In this document: one piece after another, positions 7,842 to 15,815 of the stretch
Layout: every line of letters begins with the position of its first letter
Position numbering within the stretch: the first letter of the stretch is position 1
Virus record (IMG/VR): IMGVR_UViG_3300035534_000060
DNA length: 61,473 nt
Strand: one strand, 5' to 3'
Source of the DNA: a virus
Position numbers and translations under genes: made by a program
Notes under the pieces: generated by a model
What the model saw: only the letters and a program-made list of their open reading frames with translations
The model's database searches: none
What the model was told of the DNA's origin: nothing

Positions 7842-8100
7842 GTTAACATTCGAAAAAATTTTTGAATGTACACATCTGTACATTGATGTACATATCTGTA
7901 CATTGGTGTACACATATGTACAATAGAAGGTTTTTTAGATTGTTAGCCCCGTTAACATTGGCCGATTCTTTTAACTGTAACACTGTTAACAATTTATAGA
8001 GTTAACGGCGTAACGGCCAAATTTAATTTAGGTTGTTCATACTGTTAACTTTATAAATTATTAACGGCGTTAACATCATAAAAAAGCCCCGATTGTTAAC
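7842..8100 (+). repeat. Cluster of 7 GTTAAC palindromes, several within TTAACGGCGTTAAC
   Basis: GTTAAC at 7842, 7951, 7985, 8001, 8044, 8069, 8095. Confidence 0.7.
7867..7922 (+). repeat. Six tandem 10-bp repeats, each beginning with palindromic TGTACA
   Basis: TGTACA at 7867, 7877, 7887, 7897, 7907, 7917 (one helical turn spacing). Confidence 0.8.
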
Positions 8101-8313
8101 GGCATGAACTGTTATAGCGTGTGCCGGCTCTCTCACCTGTCCGGCCTATAGGGCGCCCCGGATACCCTGTGTCTAATTTACTACATGCTTTAAACCTATA
8201 TAAAGGTTTTTATTTATTACAAATAGAAACCTATATATACCATTAGCCCCTATAGAATGTTGCCCTTAGGGGCGGGATGTATGAATGGATGCAATTGAAG
8301 AATTGTATGGTAT

Positions 8314-8390
8314 AAATAGAAACCTATATATACCATTAGCACCTATAGTAGATTGTGGCCAGGGGCGGCCCTAATAAGCCTCAATAATAA
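8314..8390 (+). promoter_or_regulatory. Promoter-leader cassette (AAATAGAAACCTATATATA ... GTGGCCAGGGGCGGCCCTAATAAGCCTCAATAA) for 8407..8595
   Basis: Near-identical 75-bp copy at 8972-9050; partial copy at 8221-8275. Confidence 0.55.
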
Positions 8391-8406
8391 ACAGGAGTTG
8401 TAAGAA

Positions 8407-8595
8407 ATGAGCACAGTATTTTCCGAAGAGAACGGTTACACAAACGGATACTGTCCGGCTTGTGGGTACAATCCGGTAGAACCAGAATTCCCAATCTTCC
8501 AATTATTTGGAGATGGGGAGTATATAAGGGGGCATCAAATATGCCCTAATTGTAGGGAACTGCACCCAATTAATGAAAATATGGACGCAATCTAA
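8407..8595 (+). CDS. Small zinc-ribbon protein
   Basis: CPACG...CPNC pairs; driven by repeated promoter-leader cassette. Confidence 0.45.
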   Translation: MSTVFSEENGYTNGYCPACGYNPVEPEFPIFQLFGDGEYIRGHQICPNCRELHPINENMDAI

Positions 8596-8622
8596 TTCTT
8601 TTTTTTTTGGAGGTTAAGGCAA

Positions 8623-8871
8623 ATGGAATTTGATATTAACGAAAAAATAGCAACGATTCAAGAATGGCCTATAATAATAGAAATCTATTCCATTGATCAT
8701 GGAATAGATGAGAAGATTACATTTAAAAGCTTCGATATTAACGGGCGGCCTATGTCAGCCCGTAAATGCACAAATACAATATACACCAGCCCTAGAGACG
8801 GACGGGCCTATTTCAAACATTTTGGGGCCCGTTACTATCTAGATAAAGCTATTATGGCGGGGGCGGTTTAA
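8623..8871 (+). CDS. Hypothetical protein
   Basis: 82-aa ORF with GGAGG SD. Confidence 0.4.
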   Translation: MEFDINEKIATIQEWPIIIEIYSIDHGIDEKITFKSFDINGRPMSARKCTNTIYTSPRDGRAYFKHFGARYYLDKAIMAGAV

Positions 8872-8971
8872 ATGGATGCTGCAATGATAGGCCTAATAGG
8901 CCTAATCCTTTTAATGGTATTGGGCCTATTCTTAGGCTGTTTGGTTATGATCAAATACTGGATGAGGACAT

Positions 8972-9050
8972 AAAAATAGAAACCTATTTATAGGATAAGC
9001 ACCTATTACTAATTGTGGCCCGGGGCGGCCCTAATAAGCCTCAATAAAAT
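8972..9050 (+). promoter_or_regulatory. Second copy of promoter-leader cassette, for 9068..9622
   Basis: AAAAATAGAAACCTATTTATA plus the same GGCC-rich leader as 8314-8390. Confidence 0.55.
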
Positions 9051-9067
9051 AGAAGGAATGAATAAAC

Positions 9068-9622
9068 ATGAATAAATGTGAAAATAGGATAGATGAAGAG
9101 TACAATAAAACAATTGAAGCCTTCAATAATATGGAGATAGGCAGCGAGGAATTTAACGAATATGGCCTCGATTTTAGCCTAGTCGAGGCGGGCACGTTCG
9201 ATGATCAGCCCGAACCTTATTATAGGTACCAGTTGTCATGGGGCGGCCCTTCGGAGGAAATAAGAATTTTCGAAGGCGGCCGGGCTGAATATTGGTTTAT
9301 GGACTGGTTTGACGGGGCTAGCCGTGAATGCAGCGATGAACCAATTATTAAAGAAATAATAAACTTTTTTGATGAAGTCGGCCTTATAGATTGGACCGCC
9401 CTCATCCCAGAGCGCTGCGAGAATTGCAGCGAGATTATAAGCCCCGAGACAGGCCTATATTGCAATGAATGCCGCCCGTATAACGTGGAAATATCCTTAA
9501 ATGACTTATCACGGGATGAAGTTATAGAGGCCCTCGAAGGAATTATAGAGGCCGTTAAGGATGAATCTGAAAATTTGATAAATGTAGATGATGATTATAC
9601 ATTCATAGAGGAGGCTGAATAA
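9068..9622 (+). CDS. Highly acidic hypothetical protein
   Basis: 184-aa ORF rich in D/E with scattered Cys pairs (CENCSE...CNEC). Confidence 0.45.
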   Translation: MNKCENRIDEEYNKTIEAFNNMEIGSEEFNEYGLDFSLVEAGTFDDQPEPYYRYQLSWGGPSEEIRIFEGGRAEYWFMDWFDGASRECSDEPIIKEIINFFDEVGLIDWTALIPERCENCSEIISPETGLYCNECRPYNVEISLNDLSRDEVIEALEGIIEAVKDESENLINVDDDYTFIEEAE

Positions 9623-9783
9623 ATGCATAACTATAAAGGCATCAAATACTATATTAAAAGGGGCATGAGCGGCCCCCTTTTAATTATTCCGGCGTTTAAT
9701 GTATGCGCCCCGGTCAGTGACGAATTCAAAAAAGAAGACATAATAAAATATGTATGATAAAGTATGTATAAGGAGGAATAAAT

Positions 9784-9930
9784 ATGTTTAATCCGTGCGA
9801 TGATTGTAAGATCAATCCGAAGAACGGCGGGGACGGATGGGCCCTATTCGATGATCTGCCCTGTTATTATAGATGTGCGCCCCGGGATGAGTATCTTAAT
9901 ATGAAAGGTGAAGAGTATCACAAAAAATAA
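9784..9930 (+). CDS. Small Cys-rich protein (48 aa)
   Basis: AAGGAGG SD; CDDC...CYYRC; below the ORF-track size cut-off. Confidence 0.3.
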   Translation: MFNPCDDCKINPKNGGDGWALFDDLPCYYRCAPRDEYLNMKGEEYHKK

Positions 9931-10001
9931 TACTAAAAGATTTTTAAAGCAGGCACTAAAAACTTTAGTCACTGGTAAAAAGAAGAGAGGTCCTAAATTT
10001 A

Positions 10002-10051
10002 AAAGGGGCGGGGCCTCATAAAATACGCCCCTTTATTTTTTACTCTTTTTT
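10002..10051 (+). terminator. Hairpin plus T-tract terminator
   Basis: AAAGGGGCG ... CGCCCCTTT 9-bp stem followed by ATTTTTTACTCTTTTTT. Confidence 0.5.
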
Positions 10052-10256
10052 GCATCACCAATACAATATAGACATATGCTTATTAGGGCATTGAATGGGG
10101 TATATTAAAGACTTTATGCCAAATAGGTACTATGACATAGGTAGAATATTTTAAAGCCTTATATGGGCTTGTATGGATTAATCTATCAAAAACAAAAACC
10201 TTATATATTTTGGGCGCATATAGAGTGTTGCCCCTAATGGGTAGGATTGATAAAAC

Positions 10257-10502
10257 ATGATTGATAAAAAAGAACTATATATAAACGATGATCGGGATGA
10301 GAAATTTATTTCTATATGGGTGAATGAATACCCTATTCATAGCATCAATGGAGATAAAATAAAGATCACTGCAACCTATATACATTTGTATAAGTCCGGC
10401 GAGATTATAACATCATTCCCCCGCCCGGACTATGATGATATATATTATAGTAATATAGAGGCCGGGCTTATAATGGATGCAGTACCTACGGAGGGCCAAT
10501 AA
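10257..10502 (+). CDS. Hypothetical protein
   Basis: 81-aa ORF downstream of an AAAAACCTTATATA promoter. Confidence 0.4.
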   Translation: MIDKKELYINDDRDEKFISIWVNEYPIHSINGDKIKITATYIHLYKSGEIITSFPRPDYDDIYYSNIEAGLIMDAVPTEGQ

Positions 10503-10687
10503 TGGCCCGTTTAACTCTTCAGTATGTGCCCGGGACTAATGGCCCGGGGTTTTATACTATCACTCGTGATGAGGCCACATTCCAATTATTAGAGGATGAT
10601 GATGAGCACCCACATATAAACATATGTGCCCGGATATATATTATAATTAAGGCTATATGTTTAGGCCCATTAAGAAAATTCTTATAA
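10502..10687 (+). CDS. Hypothetical protein
   Basis: 61-aa ORF whose start overlaps the previous stop. Confidence 0.3.
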   Translation: MARLTLQYVPGTNGPGFYTITRDEATFQLLEDDDEHPHINICARIYIIIKAICLGPLRKFL

Positions 10688-10769
10688 ATAAAAACCTTTA
10701 TATAGGATAAACACCTTCTAGTATATGGGGCGAGATAAGCCCCTTAAACAGTAAGGAGAATAAGAAAAT

Positions 10770-10949
10770 ATGCAGAAAAGATATAACAATATGATAAGTA
10801 GGAATGTGGCTATTAAAGCATTGAGCGCCCATTTTGCGCCCGATGTAGGCTATGAGGTAGCTCATGAAATAGTATGTAATATGCGCCCGTGGATTAGGGA
10901 TATGCTTTATTTACAACACATTATGGTACATTGCGAGGAATGTAAATAA
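10770..10949 (+). CDS. Small hypothetical protein (59 aa)
   Basis: AAGGAG SD; followed by GAGGAATG...CATTCCTC hairpin plus TTTT. Confidence 0.3.
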   Translation: MQKRYNNMISRNVAIKALSAHFAPDVGYEVAHEIVCNMRPWIRDMLYLQHIMVHCEECK

Positions 10950-11051
10950 ACATTCCTCTTTTATAAGGGGGCCCATATACAATAACGGGTTTGTGTATAT
11001 GGGGGGTATTTATTATATGTGGGATATTAAATTAAAACTGGAGTTTTATAA

Positions 11052-11270
11052 ATGAGGATTAATATAAGTGGCCCAATATTAAAAGGCCCGGCCGATGATC
11101 AAATAATAGAACTGTTTAAAGAATATGGGTTAACTATTAAAGATGCTGATGATTATTATAAATTAGGTGGCCCTAATTTTTGCAGTCCATATAAATTTAT
11201 AGATTTAAGAAAAAAGTTTACTATCAATGAAATCTATAACATGAAGAATAAATTTTATGTAAAGTATTAA
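11052..11270 (+). CDS. Hypothetical protein
   Basis: 72-aa ORF. Confidence 0.35.
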   Translation: MRINISGPILKGPADDQIIELFKEYGLTIKDADDYYKLGGPNFCSPYKFIDLRKKFTINEIYNMKNKFYVKY

Positions 11271-11777
11271 GAGTTTTTTAACTGTTTAATTCCTTTATAT
11301 TTTTTATATTTTATATAAATTACTAGTATAGGTACTGACCCCCACAGGCTAAAAAAGTTTAGGGGGTGGGGGGATATTTTTTCTGCGGGATACCCCAAAT
11401 ATAATATGAAATAAAATTTTTCAAAGTAATTGGTTTTAATTTTTAATACCCCAAAATTATAATTATATCAAAAATTAAAAAGTAAAAGGTTTTTAATTTT
11501 AAAACTACCCCATCACTTCACCCAATCAGAAATCCTTTTCTCACTCTCAGGCCTCTCCCTTTCCCAAGGCCTAACCCTACACACAGGCAAATATTCCTAA
11601 ACCGCATCACGCCTCTCCTCAGCATCTTCCCACGCATCCTCAATATTATCCTTCTCAACCACCAAATCCTCAATCTCATCCACAATTTCCTCAGTCCGAT
11701 GCTTATAATAGCGAATCTGATCGGCCAATTCCTCATACTCGCCACGCAACTCCCTAAGTTTCCTTCGATTCATATAA

Positions 11778-12035
11778 TCACCTCATAAAGCAGCGTTCCC
11801 AAATATCTTTCGGCAGACAATGCAGCACACCATACATACTAAATATGACATCTCCCTCCCGCACATGATCATTATACACTTCACCATTCGGGTTTTTCAG
11901 CATCAAGCAACCCAATGTATCAATTTCATCAACAACCCTATAGTCGCCAATCGTAAATTCATATGGCACATCTTCATTAAAATTTACATACCAATAAGGA
12001 ATTTCTGTAATAGGAAAATTAATTTTCCTTATCAT
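11778..12035 (-). CDS. Hypothetical protein (minus-strand island)
   Basis: 85-aa ORF, stop TGA; 4-nt overlap with the upstream gene. Confidence 0.4.
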   Translation of the reverse strand: MIRKINFPITEIPYWYVNFNEDVPYEFTIGDYRVVDEIDTLGCLMLKNPNGEVYNDHVREGDVIFSMYGVLHCLPKDIWERCFMR

Positions 12036-12292
12036 AATCCCGCCTCCTCTAAAATATCAGCGAGGTCTTCTATTGTCATAATACCTGTACTACATCTCCA
12101 TATAGGAATGCTACTCTTAAGTTTAAGAGCATCGAAACATTTATCGGACTCAATCATGAGAAACTTTTTTCTCTCCCTACCTTCCATAATCTTATCATTG
12201 AGCGCATTCAATATATCTATTTCAGTATCAGTGAGCGATTCTCTAATTTCATCTCTGTCCAGAACCATATATTTATTCCTCATATTCAACAC
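12032..12292 (-). CDS. Hypothetical protein (minus-strand island)
   Basis: 86-aa ORF chained by overlaps to its neighbours. Confidence 0.4.
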   Translation of the reverse strand: MLNMRNKYMVLDRDEIRESLTDTEIDILNALNDKIMEGRERKKFLMIESDKCFDALKLKSSIPIWRCSTGIMTIEDLADILEEAGL

Positions 12293-12651
12293 TCCTTTTC
12301 TTCAAATTCAACGCCAAATGTGGGCAGCAATTCGCTCATAGACATGTCAATATGCCTATGTTGATCTCTCATATCGTCCAAATTCTTAGCATTCGTCCAC
12401 TCAATCACCTTCTCAATGGCATCCTGCAAATCTTTCAGAACCACATGCGGCTCATCCATATACCCAGCCCGCACAGAAATATCATACACGCCATTCGAAG
12501 TACACAATATCAGCGATCTATACCAACTTTCAAAAGATTCTTCAAATGCCCCATCTTGTTCAACCAGCCGGGCATCCCTTATCAGCACATATGGGCAGCA
12601 AAACCGCCCATTCTCTTCATCATAGCCACACTTATAATATTCTATTTTCAT
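12286..12651 (-). CDS. Hypothetical Cys-containing protein (minus-strand island)
   Basis: 121-aa ORF; N-terminal CGYDEENGRFCC. Confidence 0.4.
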   Translation of the reverse strand: MKIEYYKCGYDEENGRFCCPYVLIRDARLVEQDGAFEESFESWYRSLILCTSNGVYDISVRAGYMDEPHVVLKDLQDAIEKVIEWTNAKNLDDMRDQHRHIDMSMSELLPTFGVEFEEKEC

Positions 12652-12663
12652 TCTGTCAACACC

Positions 12664-13260
12664 TCACATTACCGCCATAAGATAACCCAAACCAGCACCA
12701 CATAAGAAGAATACAATCATAACCAATATGACCATTCTATTATCTTCACACTCATCGAGTTGTATCCTAAATTCACGATTCGCATCCTTTAGGCGGCTAA
12801 TTTCATTCTCATATGATTCTTTCTTATAGTCACAAAAGACCAATTCTCTCCTAAGACGATTATTAATATCCCGCTCTTTGTGCAAATCGTGCATCAACTT
12901 GTTATCACTCTGCTTTTCCTTCTCAATAGTTTCCCGCATAGTGCATTCAATGCCATGTACCTTATTCTCAAGTTCTTCAATCCGATCTTTTTTATTTTCA
13001 GCAGTGAAGTTTTTATACAAATCTTCCATTGCTTCATCTATAGTATCTCCAAATCCAGCCACAGACTCTTGCAGATTTTTGAAATCTGGCAACTTCACAC
13101 AAAAACTGTCACCATCTTTTTCAAGTTTCACATTTTTAAATCCATACTTTTCAACAAGGTCATCATCCAGTTCTATTATACCACAAACTATTCTCTCTAT
13201 CATATTATCCTCTCGATTAAATTTATCCAGTAAATCTTCCAATGCTTCCACCCTCCTCAT
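12664..13260 (-). CDS. HicB/UPF0150-like domain protein with coiled coil and C-terminal transmembrane anchor
   Basis: LEKDGDSFCVKLPDF...GDTIDEAMEDL resembles the HicB antitoxin fold motif; C-terminal MVILVMIVFFLCGAGLGYLMAVM. Confidence 0.4.
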   Translation of the reverse strand: MRRVEALEDLLDKFNREDNMIERIVCGIIELDDDLVEKYGFKNVKLEKDGDSFCVKLPDFKNLQESVAGFGDTIDEAMEDLYKNFTAENKKDRIEELENKVHGIECTMRETIEKEKQSDNKLMHDLHKERDINNRLRRELVFCDYKKESYENEISRLKDANREFRIQLDECEDNRMVILVMIVFFLCGAGLGYLMAVM

Positions 13261-13404
13261 TTACTTATCCCAGACTTCTTAATCAGCCTATTCTTTAGGC
13301 GTTTTTCTTTACCTCGTTGTTCAGATTCTTTCAACATTTTACCTACATTCATAGTATTTACCTCCTACTCTGAATAGGAGGCAAACCTATATAAATCTGC
13401 TGGT

Positions 13405-14133
13405 TTAAATTTTTAATTTGTCCACAGCAATCTCATATGGCACTTTAAAACTATGTGCGCTCCATGTATATTCACCATCATCACATTCAAAAACAAGGTA
13501 GCCGCAGTCATTTCCATAGGTGACTTTGCCTTTCCTCATAAATCCATCTTTCCATTTCCATGCAGGCGCAATAACACCAAGCATATCTTCCCAGCCAATG
13601 AAATGCAAATAATGTGCGTGACCCCTCAGAGCAACATCTACATTACCATATGTTTCAGGATACATCTTCATGGCCTCAAGATCGCCATTCAGACTCGTTC
13701 CACGGCCTTTCAGCGTTGAACTAGTGCCCACAGCATGCTTCAAATGGAAATCTACACCATCGACCTCAACATGTTTATCAATGTCAAATGTACCGCCGAT
13801 TAAATCCATAACATTTCTATCGGCACTACCATTTGACCCAACATGATAATCAGAACCTTGAACACCAACAAACACATCAGCATCAATCATGCGCAACATA
13901 CCCGCAGCATGCTCTATTTGCAAATCAATATCATTAGTCCAATTGCCAACTCCATCAGATTTTTTATTCTTACCATTAACTGAATCGCCAAGAACAAAAA
14001 CCACATCATAATGCTCGTTACACATATTACGCCATTGTTCCCAGAACATTTTCTGCACTTTATTTTGTCCAACAGCGCAACCATACATATTAGCCCAACT
14101 CGGCATGACAGATGCCATGCAGCCAACATGCAT
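13405..14133 (-). CDS. Calcineurin-like metallophosphoesterase (start uncertain)
   Basis: Motifs SDMHVG (read through the annotated Met), VFVLGDSVNG, RGHAHY; no canonical start between the upstream stop and the ATG. Confidence 0.55.
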   Translation of the reverse strand: MHVGCMASVMPSWANMYGCAVGQNKVQKMFWEQWRNMCNEHYDVVFVLGDSVNGKNKKSDGVGNWTNDIDLQIEHAAGMLRMIDADVFVGVQGSDYHVGSNGSADRNVMDLIGGTFDIDKHVEVDGVDFHLKHAVGTSSTLKGRGTSLNGDLEAMKMYPETYGNVDVALRGHAHYLHFIGWEDMLGVIAPAWKWKDGFMRKGKVTYGNDCGYLVFECDDGEYTWSAHSFKVPYEIAVDKLKI

Positions 14134-14337
14134 ATCAGAAACTACTAAAACTTTCTTCAGACTTTCACTCTCCTTATTGACATACGGTGTTCGTACTTCT
14201 TCAAACCTTTACGGCGCTTAAAAAATTCTAAAATTTTTGACAGCATCATAAATAAATAAAACCCAAAAGGATAAAAGGTTATTGGTATAGCAAAACTTAA
14301 ATAATTTAAGAACCATTATATAAGTGGTGATAATAAC

Positions 14338-15000
14338 ATGCATGTTATACCTAAAGAAAATTATACACTCGATGCCACGGCAGGCACAATAACTTTGTCG
14401 TCTCCATATGATGACCTTGATTTAGAACAGTTTATCACTGTTGTTGATTTGGATACAAACGATGTTATTTATGATGTACACCTTAAACGTGATGGTGTAA
14501 CATTTGCAAACGGCGTACTCACATACACGGCAGATAACAACATAACCAATGATGATGATGATATACGAATAGTAATAAATGATACATCAGGAACTACGCA
14601 GGCAATTGGTGGGTATAGCACTACACTGGATGCACTTAAAATAGTGGAACAAGCGCCAGTAGACCAGCAAGGACTTGATGAGAAAGTTTTGAATGCTGTA
14701 ACAGCAGCAGGTGCAAGCACTGCTGTGAATGTATTAGATAAATCACGTATCATATTCATAGTAGATGCTACCAATGTGACCACTGGGTTTGATATATCAA
14801 TCGAAGGTAGTCCAAATGGTGACGATTGGGGAGAAGTTGGTATTGAAGATAAACAGGGTGTAGAAGCAGGTAGTATCAACATAAATTCAAATGGTATATA
14901 TCTATATAGAGTAGTTGATGCACCTAAATACATACGTGCAAATATAACCAGTTATACTGATGGAACAGCATCAGCATGGATTCAGGGTGGGGCTATCTAA
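14338..15000 (+). CDS. Hypothetical virion-associated protein
   Basis: 220-aa ORF, Thr/Asp-rich, first plus-strand gene after the island. Confidence 0.4.
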   Translation: MHVIPKENYTLDATAGTITLSSPYDDLDLEQFITVVDLDTNDVIYDVHLKRDGVTFANGVLTYTADNNITNDDDDIRIVINDTSGTTQAIGGYSTTLDALKIVEQAPVDQQGLDEKVLNAVTAAGASTAVNVLDKSRIIFIVDATNVTTGFDISIEGSPNGDDWGEVGIEDKQGVEAGSININSNGIYLYRVVDAPKYIRANITSYTDGTASAWIQGGAI

Positions 15001-15380
15001 TGACATTAGACATAATTAAACCAAAACCAGTCGAAGAACAGAACGATTTGAGTAACGTAGATCTACCAGCAATTGTTGCAGCCGGAATTAATCAGGGCGA
15101 TATTGTAGATTTACATTCATGCGTAGAATTTGTAAATACGCAGATTGAACCTGATATTTCAGGTGATGATGTTGAAGGTACATTCAAATCAATCGTGAAA
15201 GAAGCCAAGCGTATGAGTTCAGATGCCGATAAACTTGCAAGAGAAGGTAAATCTGTTACTGAAATTGAAGCAGAACTTACCGGTAACAACTTCACGTATT
15301 CCGATATTGAAGCAATGAAAATTGAAGTTTATGGAACTGTAACTGAATGGAAGAATGCAATGACAGCAGATGAGGTATGA
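14976..15380 (+). CDS. Hypothetical protein
   Basis: 134-aa ORF. Confidence 0.4.
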   Translation: MDSGWGYLMTLDIIKPKPVEEQNDLSNVDLPAIVAAGINQGDIVDLHSCVEFVNTQIEPDISGDDVEGTFKSIVKEAKRMSSDADKLAREGKSVTEIEAELTGNNFTYSDIEAMKIEVYGTVTEWKNAMTADEV

Positions 15381-15386
15381 TATTCC

Positions 15387-15815
15387 ATGCCTCGTCTTAC
15401 GCTTCCAAGTGAAAGTTGTTGTTTTAGATTAGATTCAGACTACGGCTATCGGCAGCAGTTTCCGATGACGTTCAATGATGTTGGATTAAGTGATGATGGG
15501 TTTGAGACTGGAAGTGTGACTGCACCATTCTTTGAAGAACCTGTTTTCATGTATATTGAATATGATGATACTTATCTGGCTGAAGAATACCCGGATTCAC
15601 AAAGTATTGTGACATATACAGATGGTGAAATTACTATTGATTGTTCTGTAAATGTTATTAAGTGTGTGGATATTTACAGTAGGATACTTACTGCTCACGA
15701 AATTGCTGATAGAAATAATAATGTGACTTTCCAGTTTTTGAATGATGTGCCTACTCCTACACAGCAGAAATATTTGGATTGGCAGAATAGTAGAGTAATC
15801 GGGAGGTCACGATAA
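15387..15815 (+). CDS. Hypothetical protein
   Basis: 142-aa ORF. Confidence 0.4.
   Translation: MPRLTLPSESCCFRLDSDYGYRQQFPMTFNDVGLSDDGFETGSVTAPFFEEPVFMYIEYDDTYLAEEYPDSQSIVTYTDGEITIDCSVNVIKCVDIYSRILTAHEIADRNNNVTFQFLNDVPTPTQQKYLDWQNSRVIGRSR

Noticed and set aside
5640-8406. tRNA or suppressor tRNA genes in the non-coding regions
   Set aside because: I found no GTTCRANYC T-arm-like motif or cloverleaf by eye. A tRNA scanner is needed; if the amber codon is read as sense, the decoding tRNA would presumably come from the host.
11518-11745. 75-aa Arg-rich minus-strand ORF
   Set aside because: Composition (R/W/L-rich) looks like an out-of-frame artefact. An alternative 58-aa acidic ORF (about 11597..11773, MNRRKLRELRGEYEELADQIRYYKHR...) in another frame is more gene-like, but too uncertain to annotate.
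11820-13282. Plus-strand ORFs 11820..12341, 12352..12705, 12878..13282 over the minus-strand island
   Set aside because: They are Ser/Ile/Leu-rich low-complexity translations antisense to a chain of overlapping minus-strand genes with coherent motifs.
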